From contig DASWTW010000024.1 in assembly GCA_036401895.1 (NCBI GenBank), positions 1,730 through 65,729 of the forward strand: a stretch of DNA of 64,000 nt, written 5' to 3'. The position numbers were made by a program, and so were the translations under genes. Within the stretch, counting starts at the first letter, position 1. Each line of letters begins with the position of its first letter. Origin of the DNA: Herpetosiphonaceae bacterium. GTDB lineage: Bacteria; Chloroflexota; Chloroflexia; Chloroflexales; Kallotenuaceae. Of this stretch, positions 10,151-19,900 are shown piece by piece. The notes beneath the pieces are model-generated. The model saw nothing but the letters and a program-made list of their open reading frames with translations. It had not been told where the DNA came from and did no database searches.

Positions 10151-10415
10151 ACGAAGAACCAAGAACTTAGAACCTAGAACTGGGGAAACGAACAAGAGAA
10201 CAAACGAACAAGAAAACAAAGGATAAAGAGACTTCGCCAGACTCCCCCTCGCCTGTGCCGTAGGCAACCGAGGGGGAAGCCTGCCGAGGTTCGGGGAAGG
10301 GGGAAGGCACGGCAGTGCCAGGGGATGAGGGCCTGTCAAGGACCAACGAAACCTAGAACCTAGAACCAAGAGAAAACGACGTTAGGTTCTGGGTTCTAGG
10401 TTCTTCAAGGAAACT
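10151..10415. repeat. Composite intergenic repeat: GAACNNN heptamer array, then a GC-rich hairpin module (CCCCCTCGCC...GGGGATGAGGGCC), then an inverted heptamer array (GAACCTA x2 ... GGTTCT x3)
   Basis: Read directly; same architecture as the elements at 11570, 21340, 41662, 49836, 54001 and 61070. Confidence 0.7.
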
Positions 10416-11558
10416 ATGCCAATCTCATATGCAGAACCTGTGTCGCTGACGTGTCCGCGCTGCCAGACGCCGTTCATCAACGACACCTTTATCATCGTGG
10501 ATGGCGTCGAGCGGCCGGACCTGGTCGCGCGCATTCTGGACGATACGCTCCACGACGCTCGCTGTCCCAGCTGCCAGCAGGTTGGCCGCGTGCCGGCGCC
10601 GCTGCTCTACCACGACGGACGCAACGCCCGCGTGTTGCTTGGCGTGCCGCCCGACATGTCGGAGGCCGAGTGGCGCGGGGTAGGGCAGACGCTGCTGTGG
10701 ACGCTGATCGGCGCGCTGCCGGAGCAGGCCCGGCTGCCCTACCTGGGCGATGTCCAGGCCGAGGCCGGAGTCGCCGGCGTGGCGCAGATTATCCGCAGCG
10801 AGAAGCTGGCCGGATCGGATGAGGACGAGACCGAAGCGCTGCCGCCGATCGTGATCGCGATCCAGGCGCTGCTCGAAGCCCGAGGCGCGGCCGAGCTTCA
10901 GCAGACGCTCGCTCAGCACCCGATCTTGAACGAGCCGCAGTCGGTGACGATTATGCAGGAGCTGGCGGCGGAGGCGATCAAGCACGGACAGATCGAGGCC
11001 GCGAATGGCTTTGCTCGTGCCGCGGAGCTGCTGGATCAGGTCAAGCAGATGCGCTCGCAGGCGCCCACGGTCGCCGTCGATCTGGGAGCCGATGCGCAGC
11101 GCCTGACGCCTGAAGAGCTGGAGTCGCTGGCGTTTGCTCTGCTGCGCAGCACGACAGGACAGGAGCTGGCGCGCACAGTCGACGAGCATCCTGAGCTGCT
11201 GGAAGACTGGATCGACAGCGCGCTGGCCGCCTACGCCGCGCAGGCCCGTCGCGAGGACAAGCCGCGCATCGCCGATGGCCTGGACGAGCGCCGCGTCGCC
11301 CTGGGGGAGATGCGCGAGCAGTACCGCGCCCAGCAGCCGGTGCTCGAAGCGCTTCAGAGCTATTTGCAGGCCGAGAGCGGCGACGAGATCGAGGCCATCG
11401 TGCTGGAAAACGAGCTGCTGACGACCGACGCCGCCGATCAAGCCCTGGCGCGACTTGCCGAGAGTGCGCGCGCCGACAACGATCAGGACTTCGCCGCGTT
11501 TGTCGAGGAGCGCCGCCGCTTCTTGCAGCAGGTTCGCGCCGCCCTGGAAGAAGAATAA
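10416..11558 (+). CDS. CpXC-type zinc-ribbon (CPRC...CPSC) protein with helical C-terminal region, hypothetical
   Basis: Two CxxC pairs in the first 55 aa; remainder is acidic and helical; the long antisense ORF 10425..11441 is rejected. Confidence 0.5.
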   Translation: MPISYAEPVSLTCPRCQTPFINDTFIIVDGVERPDLVARILDDTLHDARCPSCQQVGRVPAPLLYHDGRNARVLLGVPPDMSEAEWRGVGQTLLWTLIGALPEQARLPYLGDVQAEAGVAGVAQIIRSEKLAGSDEDETEALPPIVIAIQALLEARGAAELQQTLAQHPILNEPQSVTIMQELAAEAIKHGQIEAANGFARAAELLDQVKQMRSQAPTVAVDLGADAQRLTPEELESLAFALLRSTTGQELARTVDEHPELLEDWIDSALAAYAAQARREDKPRIADGLDERRVALGEMREQYRAQQPVLEALQSYLQAESGDEIEAIVLENELLTTDAADQALARLAESARADNDQDFAAFVEERRRFLQQVRAALEEE

Positions 11559-11569
11559 GCAGTACCTCG

Positions 11570-11750
11570 CTAAGCCCCTTCTCCTGCCGCAACCGAGGCG
11601 GAAGCTCGCCGAGGTTCGGGGAAAGGGGTTGGGGATGAGAGCCTGAGGACCAACGAACGAACAAAAGAACTAGCGAACAAGGGAACAAAGGGTTGCGATT
11701 CCTACGGTTTTGTTCCTTTGTTTCCTTGTTCCTTTGTTCCATAAACCGTC
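11570..11750. repeat. Composite intergenic repeat (GC-rich module CCCTTCTCCTGCCGCAACCGAGGCGGAAG...GGGGATGAGAGCC plus inverted GAACAAAG/CTTTGTTC heptamer arrays)
   Basis: Read directly. Confidence 0.65.
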
Positions 11751-11828
11751 CTTCACACCACGATCGCGCGATTTGCTATAATGAGCGCGATTTGATCGCG
11801 CCATAATTATCTGTAAAGGGAGGCGGCG

Positions 11829-13076
11829 ATGGCGAATAGACCCCGTGTGGTAGTCACCGGATTAGGCGCTGTGACGCCGCTGGGCTTGGATGTTGCCAGC
11901 TTGTGGAGCGGCATCAAAGAAGCGCGCAGCGGCATCGGGCCGATCACGCGCTTCGATGCCAGCGACTTCGATACCAAAATTGCCGCCGAGGTTAGCGGCT
12001 TCGATCCGCTCACGGTCCTCGATCGGAAAGAGGCGCGGCGCACCGACCGCGTGATTCAGCTGGCGATCGCGGCGACCGACGAGGCGCTGCGCCATGCGGA
12101 GCTTAAGATCACCGAGGCCAACGGCGATCGCGTCGGCGTGCTGATCGGCAGCGGCATTGGCGGCATCGAGACGATCAGCGACAACATGGACGCGCTGCGC
12201 TCACGCGGTCCCGGCCGGGTCAGCCCGTTTACCGTCCCGATGATGATCGCGGACATGCCAGGCGGCATGGTCTCAATCCGCTACGGCGCGAAAGGTCCCA
12301 ACTACGCGCCGGTCTCAGCCTGCGCCACGTCGGGCAACGCGATCGGCGAGGCGGCGGCGATCATCCGGCGCGGCGATGCCGATGTCATGATCGCGGGTGG
12401 GACCGAGGCCGGGATTGTGCCGATTGCGATCGCGGCCTTCAATGCGGCCAAAGCGCTCTCGACACACAACGATCATCCTGAGTCGGCCTCGCGGCCCTTC
12501 GACAAAACGCGCGACGGCTTTGTGATGGGCGAAGGTGCGGGGATTCTGATCCTTGAGCGGCTGGAGCACGCGCTGGAGCGGGGAGCGCCGATCCTGGCCG
12601 AGATCCTGAGCTACTCCACTACCGCCGACGCCTACCATATCACGATGCCCGACGAGCTCGGCTCGGGAGCGGCCAAGGCCATGCAGAACGCGCTGAACTT
12701 TGCCGGGCTCCAGCCAGGCGACATCGACTATTTGAACGCACACGGCACCTCGACGCAGGCCAACGACCGGCTCGAAACCCTGGCGATCAAAACCGTCTTT
12801 GGCGAGACCGCCAGGCACGTGCCGGTCAGCTCATCCAAATCGCAGTTTGGGCATCTGCTCGGCGCGGCCGGCGCGGTCGAAGGTGTGATCTCGATCCTGG
12901 CGATCCGCGAGGGCTTGCTGCCCGCGACGATCAACTACACCACGCCCGATCCCGAGTGCGATCTTGACTATGTGCCGAATACGCCGCGTCGTGCGACAGT
13001 CAAGCGAGTGATGTCCAACTCGTTCGGCTTTGGCGGCCACAACGTTAGCCTGATCTTTGGCAGCTACGAGTCATGA
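11829..13076 (+). CDS. fabF: 3-oxoacyl-[acyl-carrier-protein] synthase II
   Basis: 415 aa; N-terminus RVVVTGLGAVTPLG, active-site Cys context SACATSGNAIG, His-His motifs. Confidence 0.95.
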   Translation: MANRPRVVVTGLGAVTPLGLDVASLWSGIKEARSGIGPITRFDASDFDTKIAAEVSGFDPLTVLDRKEARRTDRVIQLAIAATDEALRHAELKITEANGDRVGVLIGSGIGGIETISDNMDALRSRGPGRVSPFTVPMMIADMPGGMVSIRYGAKGPNYAPVSACATSGNAIGEAAAIIRRGDADVMIAGGTEAGIVPIAIAAFNAAKALSTHNDHPESASRPFDKTRDGFVMGEGAGILILERLEHALERGAPILAEILSYSTTADAYHITMPDELGSGAAKAMQNALNFAGLQPGDIDYLNAHGTSTQANDRLETLAIKTVFGETARHVPVSSSKSQFGHLLGAAGAVEGVISILAIREGLLPATINYTTPDPECDLDYVPNTPRRATVKRVMSNSFGFGGHNVSLIFGSYES

Positions 13077-13135
13077 TCCTACCAGCGTTCTGATGCGCAC
13101 GGGCAAACAGCTATCGGAACGTCCAACAAAAGTGT

Positions 13136-13879
13136 ATGCCTGCGGTTGAAAAACTTATGTCCGCGCTCCGCGTGCAGTTCAAAGATCCCGATCTGCTCCT
13201 GAGTGCGCTCACTCATCGCTCCTACGTCCATGAGCACTACCAGACCTCGCTCCAGCCCAACGAGCGGCTAGAGTTTCTGGGCGACTCGGTGCTCAATTTT
13301 TTGACGGCGCAGTTTTTGTATCAGACCTTTCCGCAGCGCGGCGAGGGTGAGCTGACTGCGATGCGCGCCTCGCTGGTGCGCACCGGTATGCTGGCTCGCT
13401 TTGCGCGGCAGCTTGAGCTGGGCAGCTTTCTCAAGCTCGGCAAAGGCGAGGAGCACAGCGGCGGTCGCGAGCGCGACAATCTGCTGGCCGATGCCTTCGA
13501 GGCCGTGATCGCCGCGATCTATCTCGATCAGGGCATGGAGGCGGCGCATCGTTTTCTGCTGCCGTATCTCGAATCCGAGGCCGCGCGCATCGTCGTTCAT
13601 GGGCTCCAGCTCGACGATAAAAGCCGCTTGCAGGAGCGCGTCCAATCCGAGCGCAACCAGACGCCGCGCTATCGCACCGTGAGCGCGGAAGGGCCGGATC
13701 ACAATCGGGTCTTTACGATCGAGGTGCAGGCGGGCGGCGACCGGCTGGGCGTTGGCGTCGGCAACAGCAAGCAGGCGGCAGCGCAGGCGGCGGCGCGAGC
13801 AGCGCTAGAGTACCTGGACTCGCTTGAGTCGCAGAGCAGCAAAGCCGACGGCAAAGCTGAAGGACCTGCGAGCGAATGA
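13136..13879 (+). CDS. rnc: Ribonuclease III
   Basis: ALTHRSY...ERLEFLGDSVL RNase III signature plus C-terminal dsRBD; start could also be the ATG at 13157. Confidence 0.9.
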   Translation: MPAVEKLMSALRVQFKDPDLLLSALTHRSYVHEHYQTSLQPNERLEFLGDSVLNFLTAQFLYQTFPQRGEGELTAMRASLVRTGMLARFARQLELGSFLKLGKGEEHSGGRERDNLLADAFEAVIAAIYLDQGMEAAHRFLLPYLESEAARIVVHGLQLDDKSRLQERVQSERNQTPRYRTVSAEGPDHNRVFTIEVQAGGDRLGVGVGNSKQAAAQAAARAALEYLDSLESQSSKADGKAEGPASE

Positions 13880-14724
13880 GCGGCACGCTGTTGATCACCG
13901 GCGCGAGCGGCTATCTGGGCCGTGAGCTGGCGCGTCAGGCGGTCCAGGCAGGCTGGCAGACGGTCGGCACCTTTCGGCGCGCATCGCTGGCAATCCCCGG
14001 CGTTCGCTGGCAGCCGCTCGACGTCCGCGATCGAGCGGAGGTCGACGCGTGTGTCGCCGAGATCCGGCCCGACGCGATCGTTCATGCCGCAATCGCTGAG
14101 CCAACCGAGTGGACGACCAACGCCGACGGCGCGGCGCATGTGGCGCTGGCAGCTCGCGATCACGGCACTCGGCTGGTACACGTTTCCAGCGATGCGATCT
14201 TTAGCGGCGCGCCTCAGCCCTACGACGAGAGCGCCGCGCCCGATCCGATCACACCTTACGGCGCGTCCAAAGCCGCCGCCGAGACCGCCGTCAGCGCGAT
14301 CCTGCCCACGGCGGCGATCGTGCGCACGTCGCTGATCATCGGCGCGGAGCCGTACAAACATGTGCGTATGGTGCTGGATATGCTGACCGGCCAGCGCTCC
14401 GACGCGCTCTTCAGCGACGAGATTCGCTGTCCCGTGGCGGTGGCAGATCTGGCAGCGGCGCTGCTGGAGCTGGCACATAACGACTACGCGGGCGTGCTCA
14501 ACGTCTCGGGCGCCGATGCGCTGAGTCGCTATGAGCTTGGCGTGCTTATTGCTCGGCGCTGGCAGTATGATCCGGCGCGGCTGAGCGCCATCACCACCGT
14601 CGAAAGCGGGCTGCGACGGCCGACCAACGTGCGTCTGGATATTCGACGCGCGCAACGATTGCTTCAAACCCAGCTGCGGGGAGCGACGAGCTTTATCGCC
14701 AGCCTGGAGATCGAAAAGAGTTAA
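13876..14724 (+). CDS. NAD(P)-dependent sugar-nucleotide reductase, RmlD (dTDP-4-dehydrorhamnose reductase)-like SDR
   Basis: N-terminal LLITGASGYLG Rossmann motif, YGASKAAAE catalytic motif; start overlaps the rnc stop (ATGA). Confidence 0.6.
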   Translation: MSGTLLITGASGYLGRELARQAVQAGWQTVGTFRRASLAIPGVRWQPLDVRDRAEVDACVAEIRPDAIVHAAIAEPTEWTTNADGAAHVALAARDHGTRLVHVSSDAIFSGAPQPYDESAAPDPITPYGASKAAAETAVSAILPTAAIVRTSLIIGAEPYKHVRMVLDMLTGQRSDALFSDEIRCPVAVADLAAALLELAHNDYAGVLNVSGADALSRYELGVLIARRWQYDPARLSAITTVESGLRRPTNVRLDIRRAQRLLQTQLRGATSFIASLEIEKS

Positions 14725-14740
14725 CATTTAGGAAGCGAAC

Positions 14741-15712
14741 ATGAGTCGTTTTGACGAGCTGCGGATTTTTAGCAGTACCGGCCATCCAGGGCTGGCTGAG
14801 GCGATCTGCTCGTATATCGGCGTGCAGACCGCAGGCATTCACGTTGAAAAGTTTCCCAACGATAACATTTTTGTAAAGCTTTCCGAGAGCGTGCGCGAGC
14901 AGGATGTGTTCATCGTGCAGTCGCTGCACACGCCGCTCAGCGATCGGATCATGGAGCTGCTGCTGACGATCGACGCCTGCAAGCGCGATTCGGCCGGCCG
15001 GATCACGGCGGTGCTGCCCTACTACGCCTACAGCCGCACCGACAAGCGCGATCAGCCGCGTGTGCCGATCAGCGCCCGTCTGCTGGCCGACATGATCGAG
15101 GTGGCCGGCGCGAACCGTGTGCTGACGCTTGATCTGCACGCCGGCCAGATCCAGGGCTTTTTCCGCATTCCGTTCGACGAGATGAGCGCGATGCATCTGC
15201 TGCTTCAGCGTGTTCGTGAGCTGGATCTGGAGAACGCTACGGTGGTCGCCCCGAGCCTGGGCTTTGCCAAGCGCGCCCGCAATTTCGCCGAGCTGCTGGG
15301 CATGCCGCTGGCGCTGGTCGAGCGCCGCCACGATCTCAAAGAAACCGAGGTCAGGCATCTGAATCTGCTGGGCGATGTCACCGGCCGCGCCTGTATTATC
15401 GTCGACGACGAGGTAGCTACCGGCAAGACGATGCTGCGGGTGGCCGAGCTGCTCAAGGAAAAAGGCGCGGAGCGGCTGATCGGCGCGACGATCCACCCGC
15501 TGCTGTGCGACGGCGCGATCGAGCGCTTCAAGCAGGGCTCGATCGAGATGCTGATCACCACCGACTCGATCCCGCATCCCGAGGAGACCTGGAGCGGCCT
15601 CAAGGTGTCGTCGGTCGCGCCACTGTTGGGCGAGACGATCCTGCGTATCCACAAGGGCATCTCGGTGGGCGCGATGTTCGCGGATGGTCACGCGCAGCTT
15701 GGCCGCTGGTAA
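14741..15712 (+). CDS. prs: Ribose-phosphate pyrophosphokinase
   Basis: 323 aa with a PRPP synthetase architecture and PRPP-binding loop (IIVDDEVATGKT). Confidence 0.95.
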   Translation: MSRFDELRIFSSTGHPGLAEAICSYIGVQTAGIHVEKFPNDNIFVKLSESVREQDVFIVQSLHTPLSDRIMELLLTIDACKRDSAGRITAVLPYYAYSRTDKRDQPRVPISARLLADMIEVAGANRVLTLDLHAGQIQGFFRIPFDEMSAMHLLLQRVRELDLENATVVAPSLGFAKRARNFAELLGMPLALVERRHDLKETEVRHLNLLGDVTGRACIIVDDEVATGKTMLRVAELLKEKGAERLIGATIHPLLCDGAIERFKQGSIEMLITTDSIPHPEETWSGLKVSSVAPLLGETILRIHKGISVGAMFADGHAQLGRW

Positions 15713-15802
15713 GATCGACATTTGGGCAATCTGGCTGGGTGGCGCGTCGATCGACGCGCCATCGACGTTTATGTAGGTAGCGATCAGGTTGAAGGATTTA
15801 GA

Positions 15803-16264
15803 ATGAAGTGGCCGCGTTTCCGCTCCGGCAAATCGGCTGACAGGCCAAGCAGGCTGCCGCCGCCCGCGCTGCTCGACCGGCTGTATCCACGCGTGCTGGG
15901 CTTTGCTTATCAGGTGCTGGGCGATGCCGAGCTGGCAGCGCAGGCAGCCGAGACGATCTTTGTGCGGCGCGATCCGGCCCAAAATGAGCTTGCGGTCTGG
16001 ACGGCCGCCGTGGCCACGATGCGCAGCTACATTGCGCGCGGCTTTGTGGTCCGGCCGCTGGTGCCGCAGACCCAGAGCTGGCAGACCGATCTGCTGAGGC
16101 GGCTGGCGCAGCTAGAGCCGATGGAGCGCGCGCTGCTGCTTTTGCGGTATCATGAGGATCTTGAGCCGGCAGATCTGGCGCAGGTGCTGGGGATTTCCGA
16201 GGATGAGCTGCGCAAGCAGGTGGCGCTGGCACGCGGAAAGCTGCTGGATCTCGCGAATATGTGA
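15803..16264 (+). CDS. ECF-type RNA polymerase sigma factor (sigma-70 region 2 and 4), region 2 degenerate
   Basis: Region-4 HTH RALLLLRYHEDLEPADLAQVLGISEDELRKQ; RBS GAAGGA; followed by an overlapping anti-sigma gene. Confidence 0.6.
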   Translation: MKWPRFRSGKSADRPSRLPPPALLDRLYPRVLGFAYQVLGDAELAAQAAETIFVRRDPAQNELAVWTAAVATMRSYIARGFVVRPLVPQTQSWQTDLLRRLAQLEPMERALLLLRYHEDLEPADLAQVLGISEDELRKQVALARGKLLDLANM

Positions 16265-16599
16265 TGGTTAGTTGTACCGATATTGAGCCGCTGCTCTCCG
16301 ACTACGCCGACGGCATTGCAGATGAGCGCGCCCGGCGGATCGTCGAGCGCCATGTGCAGCTGTGCTCCCGCTGCCGTCAGCGCGTGCAGGCGGCGCATCA
16401 GGTCGCGCAGCAACTGCGGCGCTTGCCGCTGCTGCCGGCCGGTGTGTCGAGCCGGGCGGCGCGCTTTAAGCGGCGGATGGAGGCCCGAGCCATGCGCGAT
16501 CCACGGCGGCTTGAGCACTACCCGTTCTTTGTTTCGGCGCTGCTGGCCTCGCTGCTGATCCTGATCATGCTGCTGGCACTGTTCTACCTCGGCATTTGA
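16261..16599 (+). CDS. Zinc-finger (HxxxCxxC, ZAS-type) anti-sigma factor with C-terminal TM helix
   Basis: HVQLCSRCRQ motif; hydrophobic C-terminus; start overlaps the sigma gene stop (ATGTGATGG). Confidence 0.55.
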   Translation: MMVSCTDIEPLLSDYADGIADERARRIVERHVQLCSRCRQRVQAAHQVAQQLRRLPLLPAGVSSRAARFKRRMEARAMRDPRRLEHYPFFVSALLASLLILIMLLALFYLGI

Positions 16600-16602
16600 G
16601 TG

Positions 16603-16848
16603 CTAGCGATCGCGGTTGCGCCGCTCCTCAGCCAGCTCTTGCTCGTCGCCCCGCAGCAGCCGCACGATCTCGTCGTCGCGCCGCCGGTTCGCCTGCCGCT
16701 CGTTGAGCGAGGCCATCCGCCGCTCCAGGTCTTCCTCCTCCTGCGACATGTTGAGCTGCGACTCCCAGTAGCGCCGGATCGCGAGAAACACCACCACCAG
16801 CAGCGCCGCCACGACCACAAACACGATATTCAGCATCTCTTGGCTCAT
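16603..16848 (-). CDS. Small single-pass membrane protein (81 aa) with strongly charged E/R-rich C-terminal tail, hypothetical
   Basis: N-terminal TM helix IVFVVVAALLVVVFLAI then RRYWES...EEEDLERR...RRRDDE; lies 80 bp downstream of the CHAT-STAND gene on the same strand; the longer start at 16926 is also possible. Confidence 0.4.
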   Translation of the reverse strand: MSQEMLNIVFVVVAALLVVVFLAIRRYWESQLNMSQEEEDLERRMASLNERQANRRRDDEIVRLLRGDEQELAEERRNRDR

Positions 16849-16929
16849 GGTACCAATCCTTAATCGCCATCCCCGGCGATCTCGATCATCTGTTGGAAAT
16901 GTACCATAAACCAGCATAGATGCCACGCG

Positions 16930-19900
16930 CTACGTCTTGCCCTGCATCGCTGCCTGAATATCTGCGATCAGTTGCTGTGTCTTCTGGATCTTGTCCGCTG
17001 CACCTGTACCATAAGGCTCAAAGTTGCGCAGCGCAGCCTGGGCGTAAAGCAATGCATCGTCGAGCCGACCAGCATTAGCGAGAGCAAAGGCAACATTTTG
17101 ACGAGCTTGACCTGCATCATAGAAATTACTTGCCACTTCCAGATAACGGATTGCTTCGCGGTAATGGAATAAAGCCAGGTCCAGATTGCCAACTTTATCG
17201 TAGATATTGCCCAATCCATTATGGGTCACCGCCAGATCACTCACCGCATTTGGTGGCAACAATTCAAGACCTTGAATATAGAATTGGAGTGCAGTATTGA
17301 GATACCTAATCAATTCTTGATGTGGCTGGTTCACAACGTACGCTTCCTTGAAACGCTCATAGGCCACATTCCCTAACGCAATCAAGCACTGAGATCGATC
17401 ATGCTTTACCAACTCTTCAGATATATCCAAACTGTGCTGGTACCAGTGTTCGGCCTGTTCTAAATCGCGAATAGCAACAATATCCTTATAAGCATGACCA
17501 AGGTTGAAGGCGATTAGTGCTTCTTCCTGCTTGTCACCTATTCTCTGACATAGTGCAATTCCGTCTTCGTAAGATACAACACATTCAGACTTGTTTTGTT
17601 CCCGCAGAATGCTACCCAAATTCTCTACTGAGACAGCAAGCGAACGAATATTATTTCGCTGATTTTCATCCAACACTTCCACCGGCAAGGAAAGAGCATC
17701 AGAGGCAAGATGGCGATTCCACTCAACGCGAGAGCGTTGCAATCGCTCAGCATTTATCCAGTCACGCGCTTTGAGAGCTAACCGCACGCGGTACTGACCA
17801 AGTAGCCTCCATTGGTCCTCGCGTCCAGCTAACGGACCGCCACTAACTGGGTCCACAAAGTCTGGCACGATATCGTCCACTAACCACTGTAACTCAGCTA
17901 AGCGGTTTGTGCGGTCGTACAGTAAATATAAGCCTTGCATCGTCCTGATCACCAGGTGCCACCAGCCGTTGTTGTGAGCAATTTGTCGAGCATAAAGAAG
18001 GTTAGCTGCTTCGAGTTTCAGCACGTTGATCGCATCGCGGTTGCCCTGTACGAATTGGGCAGTGTAATAGCTTGACAAGTCGCCCATTGATTCCACATAG
18101 GCACGAGTCGTACCTTGTTGTTGCTCGTTCGTCAAGTAATACTGCTCAAACAGGCTCTTGAAATACCATGGCAGCACGGGGTGAATAGCATAGTAGCCAC
18201 CATATACAGCGAGCAAGCCAACCTCAGCGGCACGGTCTAGCAGCCTGATGCCTGTCTCACGAGTCAATTCGCGTACTTCGGGTAGATCACCAATTTCGGG
18301 ATTACCCATGGCTTGCAGCGTAGCTATCTGCACAAAACCTTGGAAGAAATGCAGCAGCGCGAGGATCTTGCGCTCGTCGTCGGTGAAGGCGTGCTCGAAG
18401 CCGTAGCTCAGGGATGCGCCCAACGATTTCGTGCGGCCTTCGGTTGTTTCGTCCTCGAAAGCTGCCTCGCCTGCGCGGAGTTTGGCGACGAAATCATCGA
18501 TCTGCTTGGTAGTGCGGAGGCCATCGCGAATCGCCTGACCTACGAGAACGGTGATCGTCAGCGGGTTGCCCTGCGTGTACACCAGCAGCGGGTTGAGCAC
18601 TCCAATTTCCTTCTGCTTCCAGCCGTGCTTCTCAGCCAGCGCCCGAGCCAGCTGCTTGCGCTCTTGCAGCGGCATCGGCGGAACCTGGATGCGGGCCGGA
18701 AGATCGCCGAGCCAGCCGCGCTCATCTCGCCGTGAGGTCAGCAGGAATTTTGCCTGGGTTTGCCGCGCCGCCCGTAGAAAATCGGCTAGCTCGCGCTGCT
18801 CCTGCTCGCTCCATGAGGATTGTGTACCAGATGGAAAGCCTGCGACTGGCTCGACGTTGTCCCAGATCCACAGCACCGGAATCTGGCGCAGCACTTGCAG
18901 TGCGACAGCCTGCCGCTGCTCATCTGTCAGCGTGAGCCAGTGGATGTTGTTCTGCTCAAGCAGCGGCTCGAACACACGGCCCAGCGTATCCAGCACACGC
19001 GGCAGCGGCGTGTACTGCTCGAACGAGGTCCACAGCACCGGCCCCTTGATGCCACCCGTCAGCTTATACCAGCGCGCAAACTCGGCCGCAGTCGTGGTTT
19101 TGCCGCTGCCGGCGTAGGCGTGGAGCAGTACCACTTGCTGCGTATCAAACGCGCGATCCAGCGCCAGCAGCGTCTCGTCGCGGCCAAAGAAGCCGGCATC
19201 CGGCTCCGGCGGCACGTTCGCAACGCCCGACTCAGCCGTGGGCGTGGCAGCGGCAGGCTCGAGTTTGATCGCGAGCTTCTGGCTGCGCTTGGGCTTGGGA
19301 AACAATTTGACCGGCTCGGCCTCGTACACGATCGGCACGGGCCAGTCGGCGAGCGGAATAGGCTTAGACACCACCTCACGCAGCGGCCGATCGGCCAGAT
19401 TCTTGCGGCCACGCGACACCGCCTCGCCGAGAGTCAGACCCTGCGTCAAGGTGGCGTACAGCTCGGCCACGAACTGCGCCGCCGTCACCACATACACGTT
19501 GTAGCGCATCGCCACCACGCCGGCCGCGCCCGCGTCCATGACCTCCTGCGCCAGCGAGCCGAACGCCCGCACCTGCTCATGTGGACTAGACGTATCGTCG
19601 GCTGGCGATGCGGAGATTGCAGCGTCTATCGCTGATTGGGAATCGGACGTATGCTCGGCGTGAGCTGAGCGGCAGGCATTCAGCACCAGCACCGGCACGC
19701 CAGTTTCGACCAGCAGATTTCCCAGCGCAGGACCGTCGACGGGCTCGAAGTTGTCGGGCAGCGCGTGGTTCTCGAAGGCCAGGTAGCCATGCTTGCCCGG
19801 CCGGTGGTCGGTGAAGATGTCGGAACCAAATCCACCGCCCACGTTCTGATACTCGCCATAGACGCCGTGCCCATCGAAATGCACGACGTGATAGGGCTCG

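Noticed and set aside
10425-11441. 338-aa minus-strand ORF
   Set aside because: Antisense to the CpXC protein gene, which has the RBS and a recognisable N-terminal zinc-ribbon; the antisense frame is R/L/Q low complexity
13699-15982. 342-aa and 429-aa minus-strand ORFs
   Set aside because: Antisense to the RmlD-like and prs genes; no family resemblance and low-complexity R/A/G-rich translation
18313-19635. Plus-strand ORFs of 140, 188 and 271 aa
   Set aside because: Lie inside and antisense to the 1212-aa CHAT-STAND gene, which has clear Walker and CHAT motifs
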